Notes: a model not told the origin generated them from the letters alone. Shown: positions 36,456 through 49,936, counted from the first letter of the stretch. The stretch: 64,000 bases of DNA from Okamejei kenojei (GCA_035221665.1 CM069140.1:3038001-3102000), one strand, 5' to 3'. Made by a program: numbers and translations.

Positions 36456-37724
36456 GAACTAGGACACAATGCTAAATATTTCTGTGCTTTCACAACTTCA
36501 GTTTATTCCAAAACTCCTCAGTAGCCAGGACACTGAGAAGACCAAGCCTGCTGTTCTTCAAAATTAGTGTCACAGGGTCAGTCCACTTATTGTTGTTGGC
36601 CCTCTGTGTGTGGCATCTCAGACTAGTTGTCTTGCTGCTAATATGAAGAGTGGGGTCGGGTATTTGCACTTGTATAATTATTTGTCGACACTGGAACGGA
36701 GGTCCATCAGAAAGTCCGTTGTGTGGATGGAGCTGGGAACAAGCGTGTTGGCATTGGAGTGATCATGGAGCCATAGATTTCTACAGGACGGTAACAGGCC
36801 CTTCGGCTCAGCTTGCCTTTGCCAACCAAGGTGCCCGATCTACACTAGTCCCGTCTCCCCGTGTTTGGCCCAAATCACTGATCATCTTATGTCCATAATT
36901 GATAGGAGCAGAATTAGGCCATTCAGCCCATCAAGTCTATTCTGCCATGGCTGATCTATCTCTCCTTCCTAACCCCATTCTCCTGCCTTCTCCCCTTGAC
37001 ACCAATACTAATCAAGAATCGATCGATCTCTGCTTTAAAAATACCCATTGAGTGGGCCTCCACAGCCTTCTGTGGCAATGAATTCCTCAGATTCTCTACC
37101 CTGTGAGTAAACAAATTCCTCCTCATCTTCCTAGAGGAACCTCCTTTAATTCTGAGGCTATGGTCCCCGACTCTCCCACCAGTGGAATCATCCTCTTTAC
37201 ATCCGCTCTATCCAGGCCTTTCACTATTCGTCCTATCCATGTACCTGTCCAAATAACTTTTAAACATTGTTATAGTCTCTGCGTGAACTACCTCCTCCCG
37301 CACCACATTCTATGTACCCAGTGCCCTCAGTGTTGAAAAAGTTGCCCCTCAGATTCCCATTAAATCTCTCCCCCCTCACCTTAAACCCATGTCCTCTGGT
37401 TTTTGATTGCCCTACTCTGGGTAAAGGAGCCTGGTTGTACATCTGTGTGTCTAACCATCTCCTGCACTCTGTCAAATGTGGTTATCTCCTCTGTGATATT
37501 GTGCCGATGGTAACAAGACCACGTTGTGGTTAGTTGAGCAGTTGCTACTCTTGAGAAAAAGGAATATCTCTCCAGAACGTCACTGCTATGCTGTGCCTTG
37601 TGCAGACTGGTGTTCCAGGGTTCACATCGGTGTACATTACTCAGCCAGGGAGAGAACGTCAATTGAGAATGAAAATGGTTTCCAGACCAAATCCATATCA
37701 AACATAACTTTTTGGTTAAACATA

Positions 37725-38210
37725 ACTGGTTGCATCATGCTTGGTTCGGCAACTTGAACGTCCAGGAAGGGAAAAGAATGCAGAAAGTTGTGACCACTGC
37801 CCAGTCCATCATCGGCTCTGACCTCCCCACCATCGAAGGGATCTACCGCAGTCGCTGCCTCAAAAAGGCTGCCAACATCATCAAAGACCCACTCCATCCT
37901 GGCCACACACTCATCTCTCCATTGCATTCGGGAAGAAGATAAAGGAGCTTGAAATTTGGAACATCCAGGTTCAGGAATAGGCAATTCCCCACAGCCATTA
38001 GGCGATCAAACAAACTCTGAACAATAACAGCCTATTGCACTTTTATCTGTTTATTTATTGTGTATATATATATATATGGTCTATGGTCTATAGACACACT
38101 GAACTTGTATCTCCTGTTCTGTATTATGTTTACATTTTCTTTTGTGCTGCAGCAAGCAAGAATTTCATTGTCCTATCTGGGACACGTGACAATAAAACTC
38201 TCTTGGCTCT
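37725..38210 (+). mobile_element. Rex1/Babar-like LINE 3' fragment
   Basis: KKAANIIKDPLHPGHTLISPLHSGRR; gtgacaataaa tail. Confidence 0.85.
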
Positions 38211-39369
38211 TGAAACATCAATTACCAAAGTTTCAGAGAACTTGCAGTTTGTACGAAAACGTCTTTGTGTCAGGTCTGATCCTGCTTGAAACCTGTAGAG
38301 ACCCCACAAGAGGCTACATTTAGATTATGTAGATATACATGCATTAGTCTCCTCCGTCCAAAGAATAGAACATTCTGAAGGAGGGTCTCAACCTGAAACG
38401 CACCCATTCCTTCTACCTTGAGATGCTGCATGTCCTACAGAGTTACTCCAGCATTTTGTGTCTATCTTCGGTATATCTTCGGTATAAACCAGCATGTGCA
38501 GTTCCTTCCCACACATTCCTGATGAACCTTTCTGGTCTTTAAAATATTCAAAGCTAAAGAATAGGGAAAGGAGTTTTGATCATCTTTGTGAATGCATTTG
38601 ATAAACTCATTCAGAAAGTGGAATGTTACAGAAGGAAGGGCCAGTGATGAGCTTTGCCTGTGGCAATGTGTTCAGGGCTGAAGCTATTTTTATTGATAGT
38701 TGAGATGTCGGATCGAAAGCCACACGATCAAGTGTGCCACTCACACAAGGCAAACAGAAGTGTCAAAAGAGCATCTGGATAGTGTCCTTGCTCAAGGATG
38801 CATGAAGTGAATGGACAAATCTGTGGCAAGAACCAGCTCTTTAAATGTGTATGGAGCACACCCAAATAGACAATAGACAATAGGTGCAGGAGTAGGTCAT
38901 TCGGACCTTCGAACTAGCACCGCCATTCAATGTGATCATGGCTGATCATCTACAATGAGAATTAAGAGAATTAAACTGTGGCCCCTGGTTCTGGATTCAC
39001 CGAACGTCGGGAACGTGTTTCCTGCATCTAGCGTGTCCAAACCCTTGATAATCTTATATGTTTCAATATATGAGAATCATCTATCATCTACATGAGAATT
39101 ATGGGACAGAGGTTTCGGGGTAACGTGAGGGGGAACTTCTTTACTCAGAGGGTGGTGGCTGTGTGGAATCAGCTTCCAGCAGAAGTGGTGGAGGCAGGAT
39201 CGATTTTAACATTTAAGAGTAAAGTGGATAGGTATATGGACGTGAAGGGAATGGAGGGGTATGGTCTGAGTGCAGGTAGATGGGACTAGGGGAAAACAAA
39301 TGGTCGGCACGGACTGGAAGGGCCGAGAGGGCCTGTTTCCGTGCTGTAATTGTTATATGGTTATATGGT

Positions 39370-40820
39370 AATCAGTACCCCGTTCCTGCCTTCTCCCCAT
39401 ATCCCCTGACTCCGCTATCTTTAAGAGCCCTGTCTATCTCTCTCTTGAAAGTATCCAGCCTCCACTGCCCTCGGAGGCAGAGAATTCCACAGACTCACAA
39501 CTCTCTGTGTGAAAAAGTGTTTCCTCGTCTCAGTTCTAAATGGCTTACCCCTTATTCTTAAACTGTGGCCCCTGATTCTGGATTCACCGAACGTCGGGAA
39601 CGTGTTTCCAGCATCTAGCGTGTCCAAACCCTTAATAATCTTATATGTTTCAATAAGACCACCTCTCATCCTTCTAAACTCCAGACTATACAAGCCCAAC
39701 CCCTCCATTCTCTCAGCATATGACAATCCCACCATCCTGGGAATTAACATTGTAAACCTACGCGGCACATCCTCAATAGCAAGAATGCCCTTCCTCAAAT
39801 TAGTCTGGAAGTGGCGGTGCTGCCTGGCAGCTGCGGCTCACCTGCAGTCCGTCTTTTTTCTTTTCTTTTTGTCTTCTTTTGTATGTTTTAGTTAGAATTT
39901 TGGGTTATTAGGCTGTGTATGTGTGTGTGGGGGGGGGGGGGGAGAAACAGGGTTTTAGTCTCTCCCTTCGGGGGGATGCGACTTTTCTTGTCATGTCCCC
40001 CGTCACCATCTCCGTCTGTGCTGAGGCCTAATGGCGGAGCTGGCGGCCTCGGAGCTATGGCGGCGTTTAAGCGTTCCAGCGGCGGCGGCGGCCCGGCTTT
40101 AGAGCTGCGGTGCTCCAGCGGTGGCGTTCCAGCGGCGGCGGCGGCCCGGCTTTAGAGCTGCGGTGCTCCAGCGGTGGCGTTCCAGTGGCGACCCGGCTTC
40201 AGAGCGGTGGTGCTCCAGTGGTGGCGTCCCAGCAGTGGCGTTCCAGCGGCGACCCGGCTTCAGAGCTGAGGTGCTCCAGCGTTCCAGCGGCGGACCCTGC
40301 TTCAGAGCTGTGGCGGTGTTCCAGCGTTCCGGCGACGGCGGTGGCGGCAGCCCGGCTTCGGAGGCTCGGCCGCGGGCCTAGTGGACGATAACATCGGAGG
40401 CCTAGATCGCCTCAGCGCAGAGGGAGAACAGGAAGGGAAGAAGACAAAGACTTTAAGACTTTTGCCTTCCACCACAGTGAGGAGGTGGCTGGTGACCTCA
40501 CTGTGGTTGATGTTAAATATGTGTTCATTGTGTGTTTTGTTTTTTATTATATGTTATGACTGCAAGGTAATGAAATTTCGTTCAGACCGAAAGGTCTGAA
40601 TGACAATAAAGGATACTTTACTTACTTTTCTTTACTTTACTTTATTAGGGGACCAAAACTGCACACAATACCCCAGGTGTGGTCTCACTAGGGCCCTGTA
40701 CAACTGCAGAAGGACCACTTTGCTCCCAGACTCAACTCCTCTTGTTATGAAGGCCAACATGCCATTCACTTTCTTCACTGCCTGGTGTACCTACCTGCAT
40801 GCTTACTTTCATGATGCTGA
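39370..40820 (-). mobile_element. CR1 3' fragment split by an ~810-bp insertion (39804-40625) containing a GC-rich ~45-bp tandem array (40070-40360)
   Basis: CR1 continuity cctcaaattag|..|attaggggaccaaaac; the insert ends in tgacaataaa plus a short-repeat tail. Confidence 0.75.
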
Positions 40821-41739
40821 ATAAGTTGTCATTTAGAACGCTAAAGGAAGATTTGTTTGATGTTTTCACAAAGTTAATGGGAGCTAACGGAATAGATTTT
40901 CCTGGGAAGATCTATTTACACACCTGCACATTCAGAGACAATTCCTTCCCAGCTGTTATCAGGCAACTGAATCATCCTACCACAACCAGAGAGCGGTCCT
41001 GAACTACTATCTCCCTCACTGGAGACCCTCAGACTATCTTTGATCGGACCTTACTAGCTTTACCTTGCACTAAACATTAATCCTTTATCATGTATGTATA
41101 CACTGTGAATGACTCATTTGTAATCATGTTTTGTCTTTCCGCTGACTGGTTAGCACGCAACAAAAGCTTTTCACTGTACCTCGGTACACGTGACAATAAA
41201 CTAAACTAACTAGATGAGGAGGAATTATTTTTTAGTTGTGTACAGTGCTCTATGGGTTACAAATGATCTCTCTGATTTATGGAAATCCAACTTTATACAA
41301 AGTACAGGGTCTAAAACTTAGAGGCAGCCATGCTATATGGAAGTGGGTCATGGTGTCTGAAGAAGGGTCTCGATGCGAAACCTCACCCATTCCTTCTCTC
41401 CAGAGATATTGCCTGTCCCACTGAGTTACTCCAGCTATTTTGTGTCTATCAGAGGTTCATGGAAGTTTGGAATTGCCTTCCACAGTTCGCATTTGGTTCC
41501 AGGTCTGAAGGTGATTTTAAATCTGAGATTGCAGAGTTTGACTCTACGAGATGTTAATGGATGTGGGGTAAAGTCAGCTCAGTGCTGGTGATAGATCTCC
41601 ACATATCATTGAACGGTGGAACTGACCCAAGCCTCCTGTCTTCCTGTCCTCCTGTTGTCTTCATTTTATTCACACGTTGTTGATCTTTACAAAACATCCG
41701 CGGCAAACTAACTGTCTCACCTTCTCATTTGTCCTGAAG

Positions 41740-41879
41740 CCGGCACAGACTTTACAGGAGAGGAAGGGAAGGCGGAGCCGGGGTACTTGGATGGAGATGA
41801 CAATGTGGTCACAGTTGCTGCCTTCGCCATCCTGTTCATTATCAGTTTCCTCTACAGTACCTTCGTCACCGTTGTCAAG
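41740..41879 (+). CDS. IgW: IgW transmembrane exon TM1 (alternative in-frame acceptor at 41749); not in the supplied ORF track
   Basis: AGTDFTGEEGKAEPGYLDGDDNVVTVAAFAILFIISFLYSTFVTVVK: acidic spacer, hydrophobic helix with the antigen-receptor F..LF..S..YST.VT motif; donor AAG|GTAACG. Confidence 0.93.
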
Positions 41880-41984
41880 GTAACGATGACCAACGACAGA
41901 GATACTTTGTGACCCCCACACTGTGACCGTCCATTCCTCACTACACTGTTCTCTGACTCTCCAATCCTCACCACACTACGGCCA

Positions 41985-44900
41985 ACAGATGATGCAGTCT
42001 GGGACAATAAGGGGCGGGGTGTCAAATGGGATAGTCAGGGATGGAGTTAAAGGGAAAGGGAGTGAAGGGATAGTTAATGACCCCAGAATTAACTGGAAAG
42101 AAAGCTCACAAAGGGATAGGAGAGTATGGCCAAGTATAATAGGGATTGATGTGAAAGGTGAAATGCGTAAGGAATTAAAAGTATTGTATATGAATGCGCG
42201 AAGTATAAGAAGTAAAATAGATGAGCTTGAGGCTCAGTTAGATATGACATTGTGGGGATTACTGAGACGTGGCTCCAGGAGGATCGGGCTTGGGAACTTA
42301 ATATTCAGGGCTATACATCCTTACATCCTATAGAAAGGACAGGCAGGTGGGCAGAGGAGGGGGGGGGGGGGGGTTAGCTCTGCTAGTGAGGGATGGAATT
42401 CAGTCCCTTGTGACTGGTAGAGTCACAGTGGATTGAGTTGAGGAATTGCAAAGGCAAGAAGATACTAATTGGTGTTATCTACAGACCCCCAAATAGTAGC
42501 CCGGATGTAGGGTGTAAGTTGCAGCAGGAGTCAAAACTGACATGTAACAAAGGTAATGCCACTGTGGTGAAGGGGGATTTCAATATTCAGGAAGACTGGG
42601 AAAATCAGGTTGGTTCAGGACCCCAAGAAAGAGAGTTTGTAGAGTGCCTCCGAGAAGGATTCTTAGAGCAGCTTCTAATGGAGCCGAGCAGAGAAAAGAC
42701 AATTCTGGATTTAGTGTTGTCAAATGGACCAGATTTGATAAGAGAACTAGAGGTAAAGGAACTGCTTGGAGGTAGTGATCATAATATGATTAGTTTTAAT
42801 CTGCAATTTGAGAAGGAGAAGGTTAAATCGGAAGTGTCAGTGATGTAGTTGAACAAATGGGACTATGAAGCCATGAGAGAGGAGCTGGCCAAGGTAAACT
42901 GGAAAGGGATCTGAGCAGGAATGATGGTGGAACAGCAATGGCAGGAATTTCTGGGCATAATCATGAAGACGCAGGATCATTTCATTCCAAAAAGAAAGAA
43001 AGATTCTAAGGGGAGTAGGAGGCAACCGTGGCTGACAAGAGAAGTTAGGGATAGAATAAAACTAAAAGAAAAGATGTATTATCTATCCATGTCAACACCC
43101 TACCCCCAATACCATGTGCTCTAATTTTTGTCACCAGTCTCCCGTGCGGGACCTTATCAAAGGCTTTCTGAAAGTCTAGAAAATTACATCCACTGGCTCC
43201 GCTTCATCCATTTTACTTGTCACAGCCTCAAAGAATTCTAGAAGATTAGTCAAGCATCATTTCCCTTTCATAAATCCATGCTGACTTGGACTAATCCTTT
43301 TACTGCTATCCAAAAGCCCCATTATTACCTCTTTAATAATTAACCTGCATCTTTCCCACCACTGAAGTCAGGCTAACTGGTCTGTAATTCTCCGTTTTCT
43401 CTCTCGCTCCTTTCTTGCAAAGTGGGATAACATTAGATATCCTCCAATCCACAAGAACTGATCCTGAATCTATTGAACATTGGAAAATGATCACCAATGC
43501 ATCCATTATTTCTAGAGCCACCTCCCTGAGGACCCTGGGATGCAGTCCATCAGGCCCCGGGGATTTATCATCCTTCAGTCCCACTAACCTACCCAATACT
43601 ATTTCTCGCCTAATGAAAATGTATTTCAGTTCCTCTATCCCCTTAGATCCTATGTCCTCCAATACTTCTGGGAGATTGTGTATGTCTTCCTTAGTGAAGA
43701 TAGATCTGAAGTCTTCTGCCATTTCCTTGTTCCCCATAATAATTTCACCCGTGTCTGTCTTCAAGGAACCCACATTTGACTTTTCTATTCTTTTACTCTT
43801 AACATATCAAAGAAGCTTTTACTGTCCTTCCTTATATTCCTGGCCAGCTTCCCCTCGTACTCCATCTTTTCGGCCCGTATTGCCCGTTTTGTTTCCTTCT
43901 GTTGTCCTATGAAAGTTTCCCAATCCTCTGGCTTCCAGCTGCACTTTGGTTGGCAGACAGGAAGCAAAGAGTGTGAGTGAACGGGTCCATTTCAGAATGG
44001 CAGGCAGTGGGAGTGGAGTGCCGCAAGGCTCACTGTTGGGGCCGCAACATCAATATATATTAATGATTTGGAAGAGGGAATTAGGAGCAACACTAGCAAG
44101 TTTGCGGATGGTGCAAAGCTGGGTGGCAGTGTGAACTGTGAAGAGGATGTTTGGAGGTTGCAGGGTGACCTGGACAGGTTGAGTGAGTGGGCAGATGCGT
44201 GGCAGATACAGTATAATATAGATAAATGTGAGGTTATCCGCTTTGGTGGCAAAAACAAGGGGGCAGATTATTATCTCAATGGGGTTAGGTTAGGTAAGGG
44301 GGAGGTACAGCGAGACCTGGGTGCCCTTGTACACTAGTCACTGAATGTTGGTGTGCAGGTACAGCAGGCAGTGAAGAAAGCGAATGGAATGTTGGCCTTC
44401 ATAACAAGAGGATTTCAGTATAGGGGTAAAGAGGTTCTTCGGCAGTTGTATAGGGCTCTGGTAAGACCACATCTGGAGTATTGTGTACAGTTTAAGTCTC
44501 CTAATTTGAGGAAGGACATAATTGTGATTGAGGCAGTGCAGCATAGGTTCACAAGATTGATCCCTGGGATGGCGGGACTGTCATATGAGGCAAGATTGAA
44601 AAGACTAGGCTTGTATTCACTGAGGGTTAGAAAGATGAGGGGGGGCTCTTATAGAAACATATAAAATTATAAAAGGACTGGACAAGCTAGATGCAGGAAA
44701 AATGTTCCCAATGTTGGGCGAGTCCAGAACCGGGGGCCATAGTCTTAGAATAAAAGGGAGGCCATTTAAGACTGAGGTGAGAAAAAACTTTTTCACCCAG
44801 TGTTGTGAATTTGTGGAATTCCCTGCCACAGAGGGCAGTGGATACCAAATCACTGGATGGATTTAAGAGCGAGTTAGATAGAACTCTCGGGGCTGGTGGA

Positions 44901-45030
44901 ATCAAGGGATATGGGGAGAAGGCAGGCACGGGTTATTGATTTGGGATGATCAGCCATGATCACAATGAATGGCGGTGCTGGCTCGAAGGGCCGAATGGCC
45001 TACTCTTGCACGTATTTTCTATGTTTCTAT
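41985..45030 (+). mobile_element. Long CR1 LINE (endonuclease through 3' tail) with an internal inversion at ~43081-43947
   Basis: LYMNARSIRSK, GVIYRPPNS, LGGSDHN (EN); the minus-strand middle section joins both flanks in register. Confidence 0.9.
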
Positions 45031-45224
45031 GTTCCTATGGGACCCTTCACATCCCCCTGGGCTTTGAAACTTTCATCTTGTCTACTCCTCTACTCCTGTC
45101 CTCTTCTCCTGTCCTCTGGGCCTCGATACAGCAAACATTCATAGAACGTTGGGTATTTGGGGCAATGACCCTGGGCTCAAACAAGGAAATCAAACAAACA
45201 TTGTATTCATGTCAAATGTTGATC

Positions 45225-45522
45225 GGTACGGTGGCGCTGCGATAGAGTTGCTGCCTTACAGCGCCAGAGACCCGGATTCCATCCTGACTACGGGTGCTGT
45301 CTGTACGGAGTTTGTACGTTCTCCCCGTGACTTGCATGGGTTTTCTTTGACATCTTTGGTTTCCTCCCAGGTTTGTAGGTTAATTGGCTTGGTGTAAATG
45401 TAAAAAATTGTCCCTAGTGTAGTGTAGTGTAGTGTAGTGTTAATGTGCAGGGATCGCTGGTCGGCGCAGTCTCGGTGGGCTGAAGGGCTTGTTTCCATGC
45501 TGCATCACTAAACTACAACTAA
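45225..45522 (+). mobile_element. tRNA-derived V-SINE (HE1-like)
   Basis: ggtacggtggcgctgcgatagagttgctgccttacagcgccagagacccgg..gagtttgtacgttctccccgtgac; CR1-like tail. Confidence 0.8.
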
Positions 45523-45843
45523 CAGGGTACTCCGTATCGGAAACCTGAGTCCAAGTACGGAACCTGTCTTCAGCCCACAACTGGTATTCAGACTGTGTAT
45601 CCCTTAGAGTTGACCTGGGCCACTAATGAAAGACCACCTGTCCATGAGGGTCCATCTCCTACAAACATGCACAGACCACCAATCCTCGAGGGTCCTAGAA
45701 AAGGTGCAGACCCCCTGTCCATGAGGGTCCATCTCTGAGGTTAAGGACAGACTGTCTGTTATTTAGGTTGCCTGTCCCCACAGATCACCATCTGTGCTGC
45801 ACCTTGCCGCACACAATGTCTGACTCTGCTGTGTATATTACAG

Positions 45844-45855
45844 GTGCAGCAATGA
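45844..45855 (+). CDS. IgW: Probable IgW TM2 exon (VQQ*), giving cytoplasmic tail KVQQ
   Basis: ttacag|GTG CAG CAA TGA in phase 0 with TM1, in non-repetitive sequence, with AATAAA about 500 nt downstream. Confidence 0.7.
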   Translation: MQQ

Positions 45856-46359
45856 CCAGCCGACACACACGCCGCATTCACTCTAGAGATCGCCATGCAG
45901 CTGCTGACGTTGGCAAATGGAGTCTCCCTGTCTTTCACTCACTCGCTCGGCAATCCGAGGCTGCCGCACTGCAAACGCTCATTTCAGGAGATAAACTTGG
46001 AAATGCACTGTGGATGCTGGGGAATAAACCAGTTGGGATTGAGGGGGGGGGGGGGGGGGGAGTGGGGGTGGGAGAGGAAGGCAGATTTATATTTGGGAAA
46101 GGGGAGCAGGGGATGGGAATGTGATGAGTGAAGGAGAAGAGGGGAGTGTGGGAGGGGGAGGGATGTGCTGATATTGTGGAGAAAGGGGGCATGGGGAGGG
46201 GAGAAGGAACAGGAAGCAATGTGGTGGAGGGGGGGGGGTCGATGCTTGGGGACTTGCTCAATCACATTTTGTAAAGCAGATGTTGTTTAACTCATTGTCT
46301 GCAGCTTATTTTCAATTTTTCTGCTGCACTGCATGTTTTCATTTGAAATTACATACATA

Positions 46360-46365
46360 AATAAA
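46360..46365 (+). terminator. Poly(A) signal of the membrane-form mRNA
   Basis: AATAAA at the end of the unique segment after TM2. Confidence 0.6.
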
Positions 46366-46434
46366 AGAAAATAACAAGAACATGAAATGTTTGGAGTTGA
46401 TCATCACTTTACTCATCACTTTAGGGAATTCAGC

Positions 46435-48025
46435 TGTGGATGTTGCCAGGACTTTTACGAGGATGTTGCCAGGACTTTACGTGGATGTTGCCAGGACTCG
46501 AGGGAACTATAGGGAGAGGTTGACTAGGCTGGGTCTCTATTCTATGGAGCGTAGGATGATGAGGGGTGACCTCATAGAGGTGTAGAAAATCATAAGAGGA
46601 ATAGATCGGGTAGATGCACAGAGCCTTTTTCCCAGAGTAGGGGAATCGAGGACCAGTGGACATGGGTTCAAGGTGAAGGGGAAAAGATTTAAAAGGAATC
46701 GGAGGGGTAGCTTTTTCACACAGAGGGTGGTGGGTGTGTGGAACAAGCTGCCAGAGGAGGTAGTCCATCGTTTAAGAAACAGTTAGACAGGTACATGGAT
46801 AGGACAGGTTTGGAGGGATGTGGATCAAGTGCAGGCAAGGGGGACTAGGGTAGCTGGGACATTGTTGGCCGGTGTGGGCGTGTTGGGCTGAAGGGCCTGT
46901 TTCCACATTGTATTAATCTATGACTCTATGAGTGCACCAAATACACCAGATACTGGGCTAAAATGCATCAGGAGAGGAGTACATGGACAGGTTCAGAATG
47001 GGATACAACAGATACTGAAGGGTCAACACCACAACCTGATCCAAATGGCGTACGTCCGAGGGCCAGACATTGAAGGAAAGCCCACGGGGCCGGGTATTGG
47101 AGGAACACACCTCGGGGAAAAGACATTGGGGACATGAGCAGACAATGGTAGGCCTCCGGGGAGTGTTGTAGAGCAGAGGGATCGAGGAGTACAGGTGCAT
47201 GGTTCCTTGAAGGTGGAGTCGCAGGTAGATAGGGTGGTCAAAAAGACATTTGACACATTGGGTTTCATCAGTCAGAGTATTGGGTATAGAAGTTGAGAGG
47301 TCATGTTTGAATTCTCTGCCTCAGAGGGCGGTGGAGGCAGGTTCTCTGGATACTTTCAAGCAAGAGTTAGATAGGGCTCTTATAGATAGCGGAGTCAGTT
47401 GATATGGGGAGGAGGCAGGAACGGGATACTGATTGTGGATGATCAGCCATGATCACATTGAATGGCGGTGCTGGCTCAAAGGTCCAAATGGCCTACTCCT
47501 GCACCTATTGTCTATTGTCTATTATATGTCATTGATGGGACCACATTTAGAGTATTGTGTTCAGTTCTGGGCACCATGTTATTGGGAAGATGTCAACAAG
47601 CTGGAAAAGGTAAAGAAAAGATTTATGAAGATGTTGCCAGGATATCAGGGTCAGCTGTAGGTTGCGTAGGCTGGGACTCTAATCCTTGGAGCGCAGGAGG
47701 ATGATGGGTTGACCTTATGTAGGTGTACAAAATCATGAGAGGAATAGATCGGGTAGATGCTCAGTCTCTTGCCCAGAGTAGGGGAATCGAGGACCAGAGG
47801 ACATAGGTTCAAGGTGAGGGGGAAAAGATTGAATAGGAATCTGAGGGGTAACGTTTCCACACAGAGGGTAGTGGGTGTATGGAATGAGCTGCCGGAGGAG
47901 GTCGTTGAGGCTGGGACTATCCCAATATTTAAGAAACAGTTGGACAGGTACATGGATAGGACAGGGTTGGAAGGATGTGGGCCAAACACAGGCAGGTGGG
48001 ACTAGTATAGCTGGGACATGGAAAC
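46435..48025 (+). mobile_element. Cluster of CR1 3' fragments
   Basis: LGLYSMERR, ESRTRGHRFKVRG, WNELPEEVVEAG. Confidence 0.85.
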
Positions 48026-48029
48026 AATT

Positions 48030-48310
48030 CATGCCATTATTATTCATACTGCTGGGTTGTAAGCTGCTCAAGTGAAATATGAGATGCTGTTCCTCCAATT
48101 TGTGTTTCGTCTCACTCTGACAGTGGAGGAGGCCCAGGACAGAAACGTCAGTGTGGGAATTGGGACGGGGAATTAAAGTGTTTGGCAAACGGGAGATCAG
48201 GTTGGTCCTGGCAGACTGAGCAACGATGTTCAGCGAAATGATCGCCCAGTCTACGTTTAGTCAGATGTATAAGAGCCCACACCTTGAACAGTGAATACAG
48301 TAGATAAGGT
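48030..48310 (-). mobile_element. Penelope-like element GIY-YIG-end fragment
   Basis: SVLGLLHCQSETKHKLEEQHLIFHLSSLQP. Confidence 0.75.
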
Positions 48311-48876
48311 TGGAGGCGGTGCAAGTGCCTGGTCTCGTTATGACCTTTCGGGTCTCGACCCGAAAGGTCACCTATTCCTTTGCTCCATAGATGCTGCCTC
48401 TCCCATTTTTGATGCTGAGTTTCTCCAGCATTTGTGTCAACCTTCGATTTTTCCAGTATCTGCAGTTCCTTCTTAGATAATCTCTTTCCCTATGTCACAA
48501 CTACAGACACAGACCTTTAGTTGCACAGTTTTAATGAACTGACTTTAAACTCCTCACCACTGTGGTGTGGTGGGAACATGGTCTCCAAATCACAGGCCCA
48601 ACTTCTGAATGACATCATTCACTGGAACATTGTGCCAGTGTATCCCCACTGAACCACAATACAGAGAGGCCAACAATACAGACCAGTGTTAATACTACAT
48701 ACTACACCCAGCCCACTCACACTGCCTTTGCCCACCTTCATTCCATCTACCTCCTTGTCCTCTCTCTTTCTCTCTCCTGCTCCATACACTGGTGTTCACA
48801 GTGATTCCTCTGCCTTCCACTTTGTAACACACTGCAACAGTCTGCCTTTTCTGCTCGATTATACATCTTTCCCCAT

Positions 48877-48880
<4 letters not shown>

Positions 48881-48935
<55 letters not shown>
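48881..48935. repeat. (TC)n microsatellite
   Basis: Direct reading. Confidence 0.95.
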
Positions 48936-48938
<3 letters not shown>

Positions 48939-49936
48939 TCTGTCTCTTTGTCCCTCTCTCTGTCTCGCTGTCTTTGTCTCTCTCTGTTTTTGCCACTCTC
49001 CTCAAGACGACATCTTCCATGTTCCACAACAGCATGACAGCAGCCAACACACAGCATCTGTTGCTCAGCAGCCAGACTCCCTTCCACCCTCACATTTCGA
49101 ACGTCTATAAAGACAGGACGTTGGAACAAACAAGGGCTTGACAATGCCACTAGCCTCGGCTCACTCCAGGAATATCTGCACTGTCACTGGTCTTCCATCT
49201 CCTCCGATTTTTCCTCCAGAAGTGCTGCCACCCCTCCAGTATATTTCCCACACTTCGCTGCTTGCAAATAATGGACTTGACTTCTGATTTCTGTCACTGC
49301 TTCTCTCCCCTCAGTCAAAAATGTGCAGGAAGGAAGTGCAGACTGCAGAACTGCAGTCTATCTGGTTTACTCCGAAGATAGACCCAAAATGCTGGAGTAA
49401 CTCGGCGGGACAGGCAGCAGCTCTGGATAGAAGGAATAGGTGACGTTTGGGTCGAGACACTTCTTCTCAAGAGAGAGCTAGATTTAGCTAAGATTAGGGC
49501 TAAGGGAATCAAGGGATATGGGGAAAAGCAGGAACAGGGTACTGATTTTAGATGATCAGCCATGATCATATTCAATGGCTGTGCTGGCTCGAAGGGCCGA
49601 ATGACCTACTCCTGCACCCATTTTATATGTTTCAGAATGAGAGTGGGGGTGGGAGGATGTTCTCCAAATTTTAAAACAACTACTGGGTATATTTTGTGCT
49701 GATTCAGATTATAACTGTGGCAATTTGGTAAGGCAACTGTGCCAACTTTAACGTTGTCTAAACAAAGATCACAGGTTCAAATCCGGTCAGTGCCCATATT
49801 TACTTCCCTTTAACAGGGTGGCACAGTGGTGCAGCAGGTAGAGGTGCTGCCTCATATACTCGGGTATGATCCTGACCTCAGGTGCTGTCTGTGTAGTTTG
49901 CATGTTCTCCCTGTGACCGCATGAGTTTTGTCCAGG

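Larger units (their letters stand above)
12697..45855 (+). other. IgW: IgW (IgX/IgR) heavy-chain gene minicluster, germline unrearranged: L-V-D1-D2-J-CH1-CH2-SecS-CH3-CH4-CH5-CH6sec-CH7-CH8-CH9-CH10-TM1-TM2
   Basis: Single V, two D and one J with RSSs, followed by ten C1-set exons with phase-1 acceptors, two secretory ends and TM exons. CH1/CH2 and the Cys-rich tail match skate IgX as I recall it (LPSVHITSSCNTESGQEIS; CSKCLPKF.YQSNLNV...HCWAGKCEIK). Confidence 0.96.

Noticed and set aside
36650-38330. Cys/Trp-rich short ORFs after CH10 as a third secretory exon
   Set aside because: No convincing acceptor and no similarity to either secretory tail
40070-40391. GC-rich repeated ORFs and a CRISPR-like appearance of tandem units here and at 12151 and 57326
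   Set aside because: Eukaryotic tandem repeats without unique spacers; no cas genes
45225-45300. tRNA-like sequence
   Set aside because: Head of a V-SINE, not a cloverleaf tRNA gene
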